From contig JAZQCM010000042.1 of assembly GCA_045546275.1 (NCBI GenBank), forward strand, positions 70,146-134,145: a stretch of 64,000 bases of DNA, written 5' to 3'. The stretch is from Clostridia bacterium (GTDB taxonomy: Bacteria; Bacillota; Clostridia; UMGS1883). Below, in pieces: positions 20,212 through 30,700 of the stretch. The position numbers and the translations under genes were made by a program. Numbering within the stretch: the stretch's first letter is position 1; the number at the start of each line of letters is the position of its first letter. Below the pieces are notes generated by a model. The model did no database searches. It had not been told where the DNA came from and worked only from the letters and a program-made list of their open reading frames with translations.

Positions 20212-21069
20212 ATGAGAAATTTTGAAACTTGGATGTCGACGTTTAAAGATAATATTGCTACATGGAGATACTATACTGATTTTGACAAGGTTATTAGAAA
20301 TGTTGACAAAATTAAGGATGAACTTAATATTTTGAATGGCCTTATAGGGGTAGAAAATATTGAAAGTGAGTTTAGAAGGATAGTTGAAAAATATCCTAAT
20401 ACATTAAAAGTCGTTCCAATACTTATAGCAAAGCGTGAACACGAAATAAAAATTACTGCAGCAGAGGGTACATATCTGTTTAATTTTAAAAATCCTAATT
20501 ATTCCATTGATGAATATGTTAAGTTTATGGAGAAAACAGGTCTGTTTGAATTGTTGCAAAAACACATTATCCATTCATTAATTGACTATGTTATGGGCGT
20601 AGAAGCAGGAATGGATACTAACGGTCGTAAAAACCGAACAGGTGATGCGATGGAAGATTTGGTTGAGTCTTATATTGTAAAAGCCGGATTTGTCAAGGAT
20701 GAAACATATTTTAAAGAAATGACAATCAGTCGTATCACAGATAAGTGGGGCATAGACTTATCAGCGATTTCTAACACAGGGAAAACAGAGAAGAGATTTG
20801 ATTTTGTAATAAAGACTGATAGTATGATTTATGCTATTGAAACGAACTTCTATGGTAGTAATGGCTCTAAATTGAATGAAACATCCCGTAGCTATAAAAA
20901 CCTTGCATTGGAAGCGGATACTATTGATGGATTTACATTTGTTTGGTTTACTGATGGTAGGGGTTGGATAGGTGCTCGACATAATCTTGAAGAAACATTT
21001 GAAGTTATGGAGCATATTTATTCGATTAACGATTTAGAAAATGGTATTATGAACGAGGTTTTTAAATAA
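20212..21069 (+). CDS. Type II restriction endonuclease, DpnII/MboI family (GATC)
   Basis: RBS GAGGGAG, then ATG at 20212. NFETWMSTFKDNIATWRYYTDF, VVPILIAKRE, GVEAGMDTNGRKNRTGDAMEDLVESY, RFDFVIKT and GSKLNETSRSYK closely track the DpnII (DpnB) sequence as I remember it. Confidence 0.88.
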   Translation: MRNFETWMSTFKDNIATWRYYTDFDKVIRNVDKIKDELNILNGLIGVENIESEFRRIVEKYPNTLKVVPILIAKREHEIKITAAEGTYLFNFKNPNYSIDEYVKFMEKTGLFELLQKHIIHSLIDYVMGVEAGMDTNGRKNRTGDAMEDLVESYIVKAGFVKDETYFKEMTISRITDKWGIDLSAISNTGKTEKRFDFVIKTDSMIYAIETNFYGSNGSKLNETSRSYKNLALEADTIDGFTFVWFTDGRGWIGARHNLEETFEVMEHIYSINDLENGIMNEVFK

Positions 21070-21818
21070 TGGCAACAAAAAAAATAAAAAAATGGGAGCC
21101 TGAAAACTTTGAATTGGAAATGACAACACATTGGTCATTTCCTAAACGAGGCGATTGGGCAACCCATGATGCTAAATGGAGAGGAAACTGGTCGCCTTAT
21201 ATACCGAGAAATATAATGCTTCGATATTCGCAAGAAGGAGATTTAGTGCTTGACCAATTTGCAGGTGGTGGTACGACACTTGTTGAAGCAAAGCTTTTAA
21301 ATCGTGACATAATCGGTGTTGATGTTAATGATGTCGCACTTGAACGATGTAGAGAGAAAACTGATTTTGAATATGAGAATGCAAAAGGCAAAGTGTACAT
21401 AAAAAAGGGCGATGCAAGAAACCTTGATTTTATACCTGATGGAAGTATTGATTTAATATGCACACATCCACCATATGCAGATATTATTAAGTATAGTGAT
21501 GGTATCGAGGAAGATTTGTCGCAATTGAAAGTAAAAGACTTTATTGAAGAAATGAAAAAGGTAGCCAGTGAAAGCTACCGTGTATTAAAGAAGGACAAGT
21601 TTTGTGCTGTGTTAATGGGAGACACCAGGCAAAAAGGGCATATGATACCTATGTCTTTTGATGTTATGAAAATCTTTCAGGATGCAGGTTTTAAACTGAA
21701 AGAATTGATAATAAAAGAGCAACATAACTGTAAAGCAACAGGATACTGGAAGACAAACAGCGTTAAGTATAACTTTTTACTTATTGCACATGAGTATTTA
21801 TTTGTGTTTAGGAAGTAA
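21069..21818 (+). CDS. Second DNA methyltransferase (N6/N4 type; motif I before motif IV)
   Basis: ATG overlaps the endonuclease stop (TAATG). VLDQFAGGGTT (AdoMet motif) and ICTHPPYADII ((D/N/S)PPY-like motif). The M-R-M gene order is the one known for MboI. Confidence 0.75.
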   Translation: MATKKIKKWEPENFELEMTTHWSFPKRGDWATHDAKWRGNWSPYIPRNIMLRYSQEGDLVLDQFAGGGTTLVEAKLLNRDIIGVDVNDVALERCREKTDFEYENAKGKVYIKKGDARNLDFIPDGSIDLICTHPPYADIIKYSDGIEEDLSQLKVKDFIEEMKKVASESYRVLKKDKFCAVLMGDTRQKGHMIPMSFDVMKIFQDAGFKLKELIIKEQHNCKATGYWKTNSVKYNFLLIAHEYLFVFRK

Positions 21819-21933
21819 ATACGTAATAAATAATATAGTTTATAAATAGTGTGAAGAGTTGTATTTAAAAAAGATACTGTTGGAATTGACATTAACCAAA
21901 TAGAAAGTTTGTGAACTTTTAGGAGAAATAATT

Positions 21934-22611
21934 ATGGAACGGAACAATAAATTTATGTTTGCATATATCTTGTTTATTGTGTTTTGCGGTTTTGCAAGAC
22001 TGTTTGTAGAATATAGTGCATGGGAGGAAATTGTAGCAGCAGTTACATGCTCTAGCTGGTTTTTTGCGGTATCAGACTCTTATAGGGCTGATATAGAAGA
22101 TATACAGGAATATATTAATATCACATCAAATTATAGTACATCTTGCCTTAAAAGTATTAAGATTATTATTGAAGGAATACAAAATAGCATTTCTCAAGCC
22201 AAGGCTGATGTTAATGTTAACAGAGATAATGTTGATTACGTATCCAAAGGAGAGGATATTATTCAAACTCTTGAAGAGATTATACCATATTTTCAAGATA
22301 AGGAAAAGGAAAGCAAGGATAAACAATCTAAAATTAAACGCAAAGAAATAGGCGAGACAATTTTTACTATTGGAGGATACTTTACTTTTTTTGTTATTTT
22401 GACTTTTAATACGATCGCTGAAATTGCTATAGCGGTTCAAGATGTTTTGACGGTTTTTGCATTTGCATCTATCCTAGTTACGCAATTCTTTACAACTCTT
22501 AACAGAAAGGTTAATGCTAAAAAACAGGATGAGTTTAACGAAATGATTCGAAAATTTGAGAAATTGAGTGATAGATACACTAACTGCTGTAATCGCTCCA
22601 TGGGAGAATGA
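21934..22611 (+). CDS. Hypothetical membrane protein
   Basis: 225 aa: two N-terminal and two C-terminal hydrophobic helices flank a charged helical segment. RBS AGGAGA upstream. No motif recognised. Confidence 0.5.
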   Translation: MERNNKFMFAYILFIVFCGFARLFVEYSAWEEIVAAVTCSSWFFAVSDSYRADIEDIQEYINITSNYSTSCLKSIKIIIEGIQNSISQAKADVNVNRDNVDYVSKGEDIIQTLEEIIPYFQDKEKESKDKQSKIKRKEIGETIFTIGGYFTFFVILTFNTIAEIAIAVQDVLTVFAFASILVTQFFTTLNRKVNAKKQDEFNEMIRKFEKLSDRYTNCCNRSMGE

Positions 22612-22987
22612 TTCAAGGACTGTTGCAGTTGCTACGCCTGTAAGAAAACTAATCATGAGCTTACAACCTCCCCTATGGTTAATATAGCAAGTGTAGTTGC
22701 AAAACCTAAAAATGCGTATTTCATTAGTCTTCATCAAAACAGAGCGAATCGAACCATAACGACCAAAATAATACGCCCGTAGTCAAAGAGGACTACGGGC
22801 TTTCATATTTTCTCCCAAAACACTTTTTTCGTGGGTTTGTGGCGATAGGCTCCACCAAGTGAACGAAACAGAAACATGGAGGAGAAAAAAGTGCCGAAGT
22901 GATGGGGTACATAGATTTTCTGAAATTGTACGTGTTCGCTTGTGCAGAGAAAACACCTTATTTTCGGTGAAAACTTCTGAGTGGGTA

Positions 22988-23165
22988 TCGCCTCCACCAT
23001 TCATTTTCACGGAAAATGTGAAATTATAAAAATACACCTTATAGCTAGATTCCTTGCCATAAGGTGTATTCTTTCGTTTGAGCCAGTATCGGCAAAAATT
23101 GCAAACTTTTTGAATTTTTGTAAAATTACAAGTCGGGGATAGGCAGGATGTAGTCAGTAAAATAG
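22988..23165 (+). repeat. ssrA 3'-end repeat copy 2 (type-B flank)
   Basis: TCGCCTCCACCATTCATTTTCACGGAAAATGTGAAATTAT plus the hairpin AATACACCTTAT...ATAAGGTGTATT plus AGCCAGTATCGGCAAAA...TTTGTAAAATTACAAGTCGGGGATAGG. Matches 37738-37917 and, in part, 43504-43653. Confidence 0.85.
23099..23126 (+). promoter_or_regulatory. Possible outward-facing promoter inside the type-B flank
   Basis: TTGCAA (23099-23104), 16-nt spacer, TAAAAT (23121-23126), pointing into module B. The equivalent site in copy 4 reads TCGCAA. Confidence 0.3.
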
Positions 23166-23341
23166 AGAGAGGGTAAATTTGCCAAGGAAATGCAAGATTT
23201 TTATTTGAAAAAACGCAGAATTTTATTAGCAGCAAAAAGTCCTGAAGAATGGTGATTAGAAGCATTGACTTTGGTAATAAATAGCGATATAATTATAGTG
23301 TATAATTAGGTGGATTTTATTCTGATTGAAGGAGGGGTATA

Positions 23342-24739
23342 TTGAAAAACAAATTACTTTTAATTATTACTATAATAGTGTTAATGTTGTACCCTTCTTT
23401 TGGCGTAGATGCTGACAGCGGAGGCTACATTGTAAAATTAAAAAATGTTAATGTTCCGATTGAACTGACAAAAATGCTTACCGAGGTTAATGCAGAACAT
23501 CGAATATATACGGCTGATAGTATTAATCAACTTGAGGATTTCAGTGAATACATAGAATACACAGAAACAAATGATGAAGTTGTGCTTATTGAGGGCGAGT
23601 CTTCTGCAAGCCTATATTCATTGCCAAGTGATGAGCTTTATGGTGAACAATGGCAAACACAAATGGTGAATGCGGAGTTTGCTTGGAAAATGGAGACATA
23701 CGGGAATGGTATTAAAATTGCTGTCATAGATTCAGGATGCTTCCCTCATGATGATTTAAAAGTAAATTTACTTGAAGGGAAAAATTATTTTGATGGAAGT
23801 GTTGATACAACAGATGCAGATGGACATGGCACTCATGTAAGCGGCATTATTGCAGCCGAAAATAATGATTTTGGAATTATAGGGGTTGCGCCTAAAGCTA
23901 AAATTGTTCCATTAAAATGTTTTGAAAATAATAATGCATCTTTTGATATAATTGCCGAAGCTATATATGACGCAGTGGACATTTTTGATTGTCAAATAAT
24001 TAATATGAGCTTCGGAACATCTATTAATAGTCGTACAATAAAAGAGGCGATTAATTATGCATACAAAAATGGATTAATTCTAGTTGCAGCCGTTGGAAAT
24101 TACGGCACAAGTACGATATATTATCCGGCAGGGTACGAAGAGGTTATTGGTGTTGGTTCTGTAGGCATTGATAAAGAAAAATCCGAGTTTTCGCAATCAA
24201 ACGAATCGGTAACAGTAGTCGCACCTGGTGAAATGGTAAAAAGCACCTCTAATACAAATGGTTATGAGTATAAACAAGGCACGTCACAGTCTGCACCATT
24301 TGTGTCCGGTATGGCGGCAATATTATTATCAATGAATAATAATATTTCGAATGAAGATTTCAAACAAATACTAATTGAACTTTCTGATGATATAGGGCAA
24401 GAGGGTTATGATATTGTTTTTGGATATGGTGTTTTAAACGGTGTTAATTATATTGATTTTATACTGGAAAATGTTAAATATTATGTTTCACCCATAAATC
24501 AGTCAACAAATGGCTCATATGTGTATATAAAAAATAATACAAATGAACCATTAGAAGCTATTAGTATTTTTGCTTGTTATGAAAATCATAGGATGAAAAA
24601 CAGTAAAATTTCAAATTTGACTTTAATGCCGGCAGACGAAATTATTTCATATTGTGAATATAATGATTGCTCAATTTCACATTTTTTATGGGGAAGTGTA
24701 AATAATATAAAACCGCTCACAAATAAGAAAGAAAGGTGA
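23342..24739 (+). CDS. Secreted subtilisin-like serine protease (S8)
   Basis: TTG start after RBS GAAGGAGGGG, followed by a signal peptide. I9-like propeptide (GGYIVKLK...), catalytic triad contexts IAVIDSG, HGTHVSGIIAA and GTSQSAPFVSG, plus a C-terminal ~90-aa extra domain. Confidence 0.88.
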   Translation: MKNKLLLIITIIVLMLYPSFGVDADSGGYIVKLKNVNVPIELTKMLTEVNAEHRIYTADSINQLEDFSEYIEYTETNDEVVLIEGESSASLYSLPSDELYGEQWQTQMVNAEFAWKMETYGNGIKIAVIDSGCFPHDDLKVNLLEGKNYFDGSVDTTDADGHGTHVSGIIAAENNDFGIIGVAPKAKIVPLKCFENNNASFDIIAEAIYDAVDIFDCQIINMSFGTSINSRTIKEAINYAYKNGLILVAAVGNYGTSTIYYPAGYEEVIGVGSVGIDKEKSEFSQSNESVTVVAPGEMVKSTSNTNGYEYKQGTSQSAPFVSGMAAILLSMNNNISNEDFKQILIELSDDIGQEGYDIVFGYGVLNGVNYIDFILENVKYYVSPINQSTNGSYVYIKNNTNEPLEAISIFACYENHRMKNSKISNLTLMPADEIISYCEYNDCSISHFLWGSVNNIKPLTNKKER

Positions 24740-24746
24740 TATTAAA

Positions 24747-27700
24747 GTGCAAAATAGAATTTTCTGTGTTATTCTATCTATATTGTTATTAGTCAGTTAT
24801 GTAAGTAATATGAATACATTAAAAGTATATGCGCAAGATACGCAGAAATCAGATGAAAAAGAAGAAATAGTACAGTTATTTTCTAATTTAGATAGTTCAA
24901 CAATGCAAAATGCAAAGACCTTATCTACATCTACCCAAACCACAACTGTTGTTGATATAAAAACAGGAGGAGAATATAAATGTTTTAAATTTACTCCTTC
25001 GGCTACCGCCACATATGTGTTTGAATCTACAGGTGAGTTTGATACGTATGGATACTTGTATGATTCGAGCGGGGTTCAAATTCAGTCCAATGATGATGGT
25101 GGTGAAAGTAGGAATTTTAAATTGACTTACCAATTGACATCTGGAACAACTTATTATTTCAGAACAAGGTTTTACTCTGCAAGTCAAACTGGAGTTTTTG
25201 ATGTTTATTTGAGGAGAAACTATGTAATCTCTTATGATTCTGGTGGGATTAATTCGACAATGCCGCCAGAACAGCTTGTGCCATATGGAGATTTTACAAA
25301 AATTTGTTCGGAAATTCCCACAACCACAGATACTCAGCTTGGCAGCACATATACGTTTGCAAATTGGAAAACAAATTCCATTACTTATAAGCCAAATGAT
25401 GAATTTTATGTAACGACTAATACAACGTTGTTAGGAAAGTGGACTGGTGGTATAGTTAGCGAAGCGTATAAGTATAATTTAAGATATGATGTGAATGGCG
25501 GAAGTGGTACACCACCAACGGAAGGAACAATGTCACTAATTTTAGGTGGCAACGGAACAAAAAACCTAACATCACATATTCCAATAAGATTTGGCTATAG
25601 ATTTTGTGGATGGGAAGATTCAAGCGGAAATCTATATCTCCCAAATGAAGAAGTTCATATTAATTTTTATACAGACTTGACCGCTAAATGGGAAGAATCT
25701 GAAAGCATATCCGAAAACACGCAAGCTACAAATAACGCAACTATATCTATTGGCAATACAATGAGGTATTATAGCTTTACCCCAAGTACAACTGGAACAT
25801 ATGCTTTTGAGTCAGTTGGGTCTTCGGATACATATGGATACATATACAATTCAACAGGTCAACAGCTTGCATATAATGATGATGGTGGTGAAAGCGCCAA
25901 TTTTAGAGTTACATATAAAATGACAGCAGGAACGAAATATTATTTGGCTGCCAAGTACTACAATTCAAGTAAAACTGGTTCATTTGATGTTAAACTGCGC
26001 AGACAATACACTATTTCATATAATGCTAACGGCGGTTCAGGTGCACCTATGGCTCAAATAAAGTTGTATGGCGACACATTAACTTTGTCATCTGCAGTTC
26101 CTACAAAAGAAGGATATAAGTTTGTGGGATGGGCAACATCTTCCGATGCGACTACTGCTTCGTATGCTTCAGGAGGCGAGTTCTCGTCAAATGGCAACTG
26201 CACTTTATATGCCGTATGGCAAAGCGAAACTTTAGAACCACCAACGATTACAACAAATAATTTAGTAGGTGGAAAACAAATAATAATAAACTGTCCTGGA
26301 ACAACTATTTACTATACCAGGGATGGAAATACTCCAACCACAGATAGCAGTAATGGTCAGGATTCGGTTTATCTATTTGCTTCTTCTACACAGACGATAA
26401 AGGCATTTGCAATGAAAGATGGGTATCAAAGCGATATAGTAACAAAAACTGTAACGGTTAATAAAACGGCATCACCCACCGGAAGCGAAACGTCCGGGAA
26501 ACTGGAATTGTCTTGTAGTGATAGTGGTGCAACGATATATTATACTACAGATGGAACAACACCTACTGTGAGCAGTACGATATACTCATCTGATATAGAT
26601 GTAACTAATATAACTACAGTAAAGGCTATTGCAGTTTTAAGCGGAAACTCAAATAGTAATGTTTATACATGGAATAAAGTATCGTATACCGTAACATATG
26701 ATTATGCAACTAACGGCGGTACATTTGCAACAAAAACAACAGATACTGTTTCTGCCGGAGAAACGGCAGATTTATCTGTGACAGCGACTAAAAATGGTTG
26801 GGAGTTTGTAGGATGGAATACCAACAAATATGCTACAGCTGGATTGCTTTCCTATACAGTAAATAGTAATGCAACATTATATGCTATTTATAAAAAAACA
26901 TATACTGCAAATTTTTATTCTGGCAATAATGAGTTTCAAGAAGCAAAATCCGTAACCATCTACAATACAAGAATACAGGGGACAATTGTTCCGCCTATTC
27001 AAAATGAATATGAAGGATGGAGCCCTAAGGACGTTTGGTGGAGCGAAACTGAAACAGGCAGCGTAACATATCATCAAAGTATAACTATGGGAGAACCTGG
27101 ACACGCTCAAGATGGTGTTAATCTTTATGCTGTGTATTACAGAAATATAGCTGTTTCATACAAAAGCGATGATGTTGAAATAAAAAAAGAAATGATAGAA
27201 CAGATCTATAATTCAAAAACAGGCAAAGAAAAGAAAACTATAACCTTAATTGATGAACCACAAAAAGACGGATTTATCTTTGAAGGTTGGATGTTGGATG
27301 GTGATTTGAATCAAGTTTATGCCGCTGGGGAACAAATAAAGATTGATGATAATTGCACATTGGAGGCTGTTTGGAGGTCTGAATCAATTGTCGCAAACGG
27401 TACTTGTGGCGAAAATGCAACTTGGGAACTTGATAACGAAGGAATTTTAACGATTAGTGGTTTTGGTGATATGTATGACTGGGACTATGAATCTCCCTGG
27501 GAATTGTATTATGATAGCATAACAGCTATTAACATAGAAGACGGCATCACCAGTATCGGTAATAATGCTTTTGATACTTCTTGGACATCGAATGGATATC
27601 AAATAAAAAATGCTGTTATTCCAAATAGTGTAACAAAGATAGGTGAAGATGCCTTTTCAGGATGTAGACTTTTGGAAAGTGTTTCACTATCCAACAATTT

Positions 27701-30700
27701 AATTAGCATAGGAGAAGATGCTTTTGGTTACTGTGATAGTTTGAAAAGCATAACGCTCCCTGATAGCGTGGAAAGTATTGATAGTGGAGCTTTTAGAAGT
27801 TGCAAAACTTTATCAAGTATTTGTTTGCCTATAAATATAACAAATATTAGTTGGGGCATGTTTGATTCGTGTATTAATTTAAAAAGCGTAACTATTTCAG
27901 GAGATATAGATTCCATTGAAAAAATGGTGTTTTATGGGTGTACTAATTTAACTGACATATATTATTGGAGTACGCAAGATAAGTGGGATAAAATAACGAT
28001 TGATAAATATGGTAATGATCGGTTGGATTCAGTTAATATTCATTTTTCATATACATTACCTGTAATCAGTGTATCAGATATTCTCGGTGGAAAAAAAGTA
28101 GAAATTTCTTGTGAACTTGAAAATGCAACAATCTACTATACAACAGACGGAACACCAGCTACGACAGAAAGCTACGTCTATACAGATGCTTTCGAAATAT
28201 ACGACATTGGAACTACAGTTATACAAGCAATTGCTGTTGTCGACGGACATAGTGATAGTGAAACTGTAGCGGAAGAAGTAACTGTGGAAATTATGCCATC
28301 TCCCAAAACCAGCTATACCTCAAAAAGCATAGCCTATAATACAGGTATTGTTCTTTCTGTTAATGGAGACTTTGAAAATTGTATAATATATTATACAACA
28401 GATGGAACATTACCAACAAGCGACAGCGAAGTGTTTGATGGTAAAATCACAATATATGATGATGTCACTATCAATGCCGTAGCTATTGCGGACGGATATG
28501 CTACGAGTGAGATGTCAAGCTTTTTATATGTTGTTCCTAAATTTACAATTACATATGATGCAAATGGTGGCATTGGTGAACCTAATGACCAAACAAAAAG
28601 ATACGGTGAAACTATTTATATAAGTGAAACCTCACCAATAAGAACAAATTTCTTGTTCAGAGGATGGAGCCTGAATGAAAACGGACAAATAATCGCTTTT
28701 AAACCAGGTGACCCATATCAAAAAGAAGAAAGTAACACTCTGTTTGCTTCGTGGGTTGATATTTCTGCCAATATTCCGTCCTTGTCTACATCTTCAGCAA
28801 CGGAAATTACAAAGAATAGTGCCGTTTTACACGGCGCTATAGTGGATGACGGAAATAGTGATGTTATAACGAAAAGATTTGTTTATTATGAAAAAGATAA
28901 CCCAAATGCTGAATACTCAGTAGTGGCAGACGAAAATTTTAGCGCTACTATTGATAACCTTAAAAGCGGAACTGAATATTGGTATTATGCAGAGGCAAGT
29001 AATATAAAAGGATATGCTAATGGTAATATCGTAAAATTCACAACGGAAACTGACACAAGTAAGATATCAAAGTTTACAATTACTCCATCAGTAACAAGAT
29101 TGAAAAAAGGGAAAACTTTGAAACTTTCAACAACAATTTTGCCATCCAATGCAGATAATAAAACAATCATTTGGGAAAGTGAAAACGAGAACATTGCTAC
29201 TGTAGATTCAACAGGCAAAATAACAGCTGTTGATTATGGAACAACTGTTATTAAAGGTATAACAGAAGTCGGTAGATTGGTTTCTAAGTGTAATATAACA
29301 GTTTCAGATGACGTTGATGAAATTGATTTTTCTGAGTGGAATATGGCAAGTAATACAAGTTCAGCTTCTGCGGTTGGATGGGCTATTCCTTTGGCGGATT
29401 TAAGTATGGGTGGAAATATCCAAAGAGCAAGTGGGTATTTGACCAGATGGAGTGGACCAATTTTAGAAGGAACAGACACATATCCTAGCGACAATAAAGG
29501 CAGACCATTATTGGAGACAACCGGAATTAAACATGTTCAGGAAATAATATTTATTCCAAAAAGAAAAACTGCGTTAGATAACGATACAATTAAACAAATG
29601 ATTATGCAATATGGGGCGGTTCATTCATCGTATAACTCATCGAGTCAATATTATTCTGATGGCAAAAAGACATATTATACACCTATAGAAAAACCAGCAA
29701 AATCTGGAGGACATGCGATAACAATAGTTGGCTGGAATGATGACTATGATAAGTCTAACTTTGTAATAACCCCTGAAGGAAATGGTGCTTTTATATGTAA
29801 AAACAGTTATGGAGAAGCTACTGGAGAAAATGGATATTTTTACATATCATATTATGATAAAAGCCTTGCAATAAAAAGTATGTCTGCTGTTTATTGCAAT
29901 CCTGAAGAAGTTGACAATTATAATAGTGTATATCAATATGATCCATTGGGACCACTTACTTCAATATCAGGTAGTAGTGAATTTTCTTACTGCGCTAATG
30001 TTTTTCCTGAAAAAGGAAAAACTACCCAATCGAATGAGCTACTAACCGCCGTAAGTTTTTACACGCATACACAGGGAATGAAATATGATATTTTTATAAT
30101 TCCTGATTACACAGATAGTACAGATTTCTTAAATATGAAAGATCCTGTTCTAAGCGGAACAATGAAGTATGCGGGTTATCATACAGTTGATTTGAAAGAA
30201 GCAATTAGCATTGAAAAAGGAAAGCGGTTTGCTGTTGTAGTAAAGCTAACTTCAATTGGAGGAGACGCTAGACAATATGTCGAAAAGCCTCTTAGTTATG
30301 CCAAAGCCAAAGCAAACGAGGATGAAAGCTATTTTAGTTATGATGGCAAACTTTGGGAAGATTTACACAAAAAGGCAGAAAACACGAATGCTTGCATAAA
30401 AGCATTTACCAAAAATCTAAATACACTTTCTCTTGAACAAAATGGTTTGACAGATGTAATTGATAACGCAAATCGTCCATATGTTTCGGATAAGGTATAT
30501 ACCGTGGAAGAATGTTTGGCATCCGGAGATATACTCAGTCAAGAATATATTGATTATTGTAGCCAAATGGAACTGTTTTCTGATAATGGAGATACAGAAG
30601 CAACTGCTGAGATACCTAACAGTATAGAGGTTGATAACGATGCAACATATTTAGATGGATCAGATTTACCTGCTAAATATGATTTGAGAGATTATGGCTT

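Larger units (their letters stand above)
16739..22987. mobile_element. ssrA-flanked accessory module A (KAP NTPase pair, GATC R-M system, membrane protein); no recombinase recognised
   Basis: Bounded by direct copies of the tmRNA 3' end (16727 and 22988). Visibly more A+T-rich than the core and carries defence-type cargo. Confidence 0.55.

Noticed and set aside
22845-22880. Possible sixth, degenerate tmRNA-end copy (GGCGATAGGCTCCACCAAGTGAACGAAAC)
   Set aside because: Only about 10 nt (GCTCCACCA) resemble the repeat core and the downstream hairpin is absent. The similarity is too weak to call without statistics.
22783-23265. Minus-strand ORFs 22783-23265 and 37757-38029 sharing the peptide ...LSPTCNFTKIQKVC.FCRYWLKRKNTPYGK...
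   Set aside because: The shared peptide is a by-product of the repeated non-coding type-B ssrA flank. The ORFs cross hairpin terminators and the tmRNA-end repeat. The sequence outside the repeat is unrelated.
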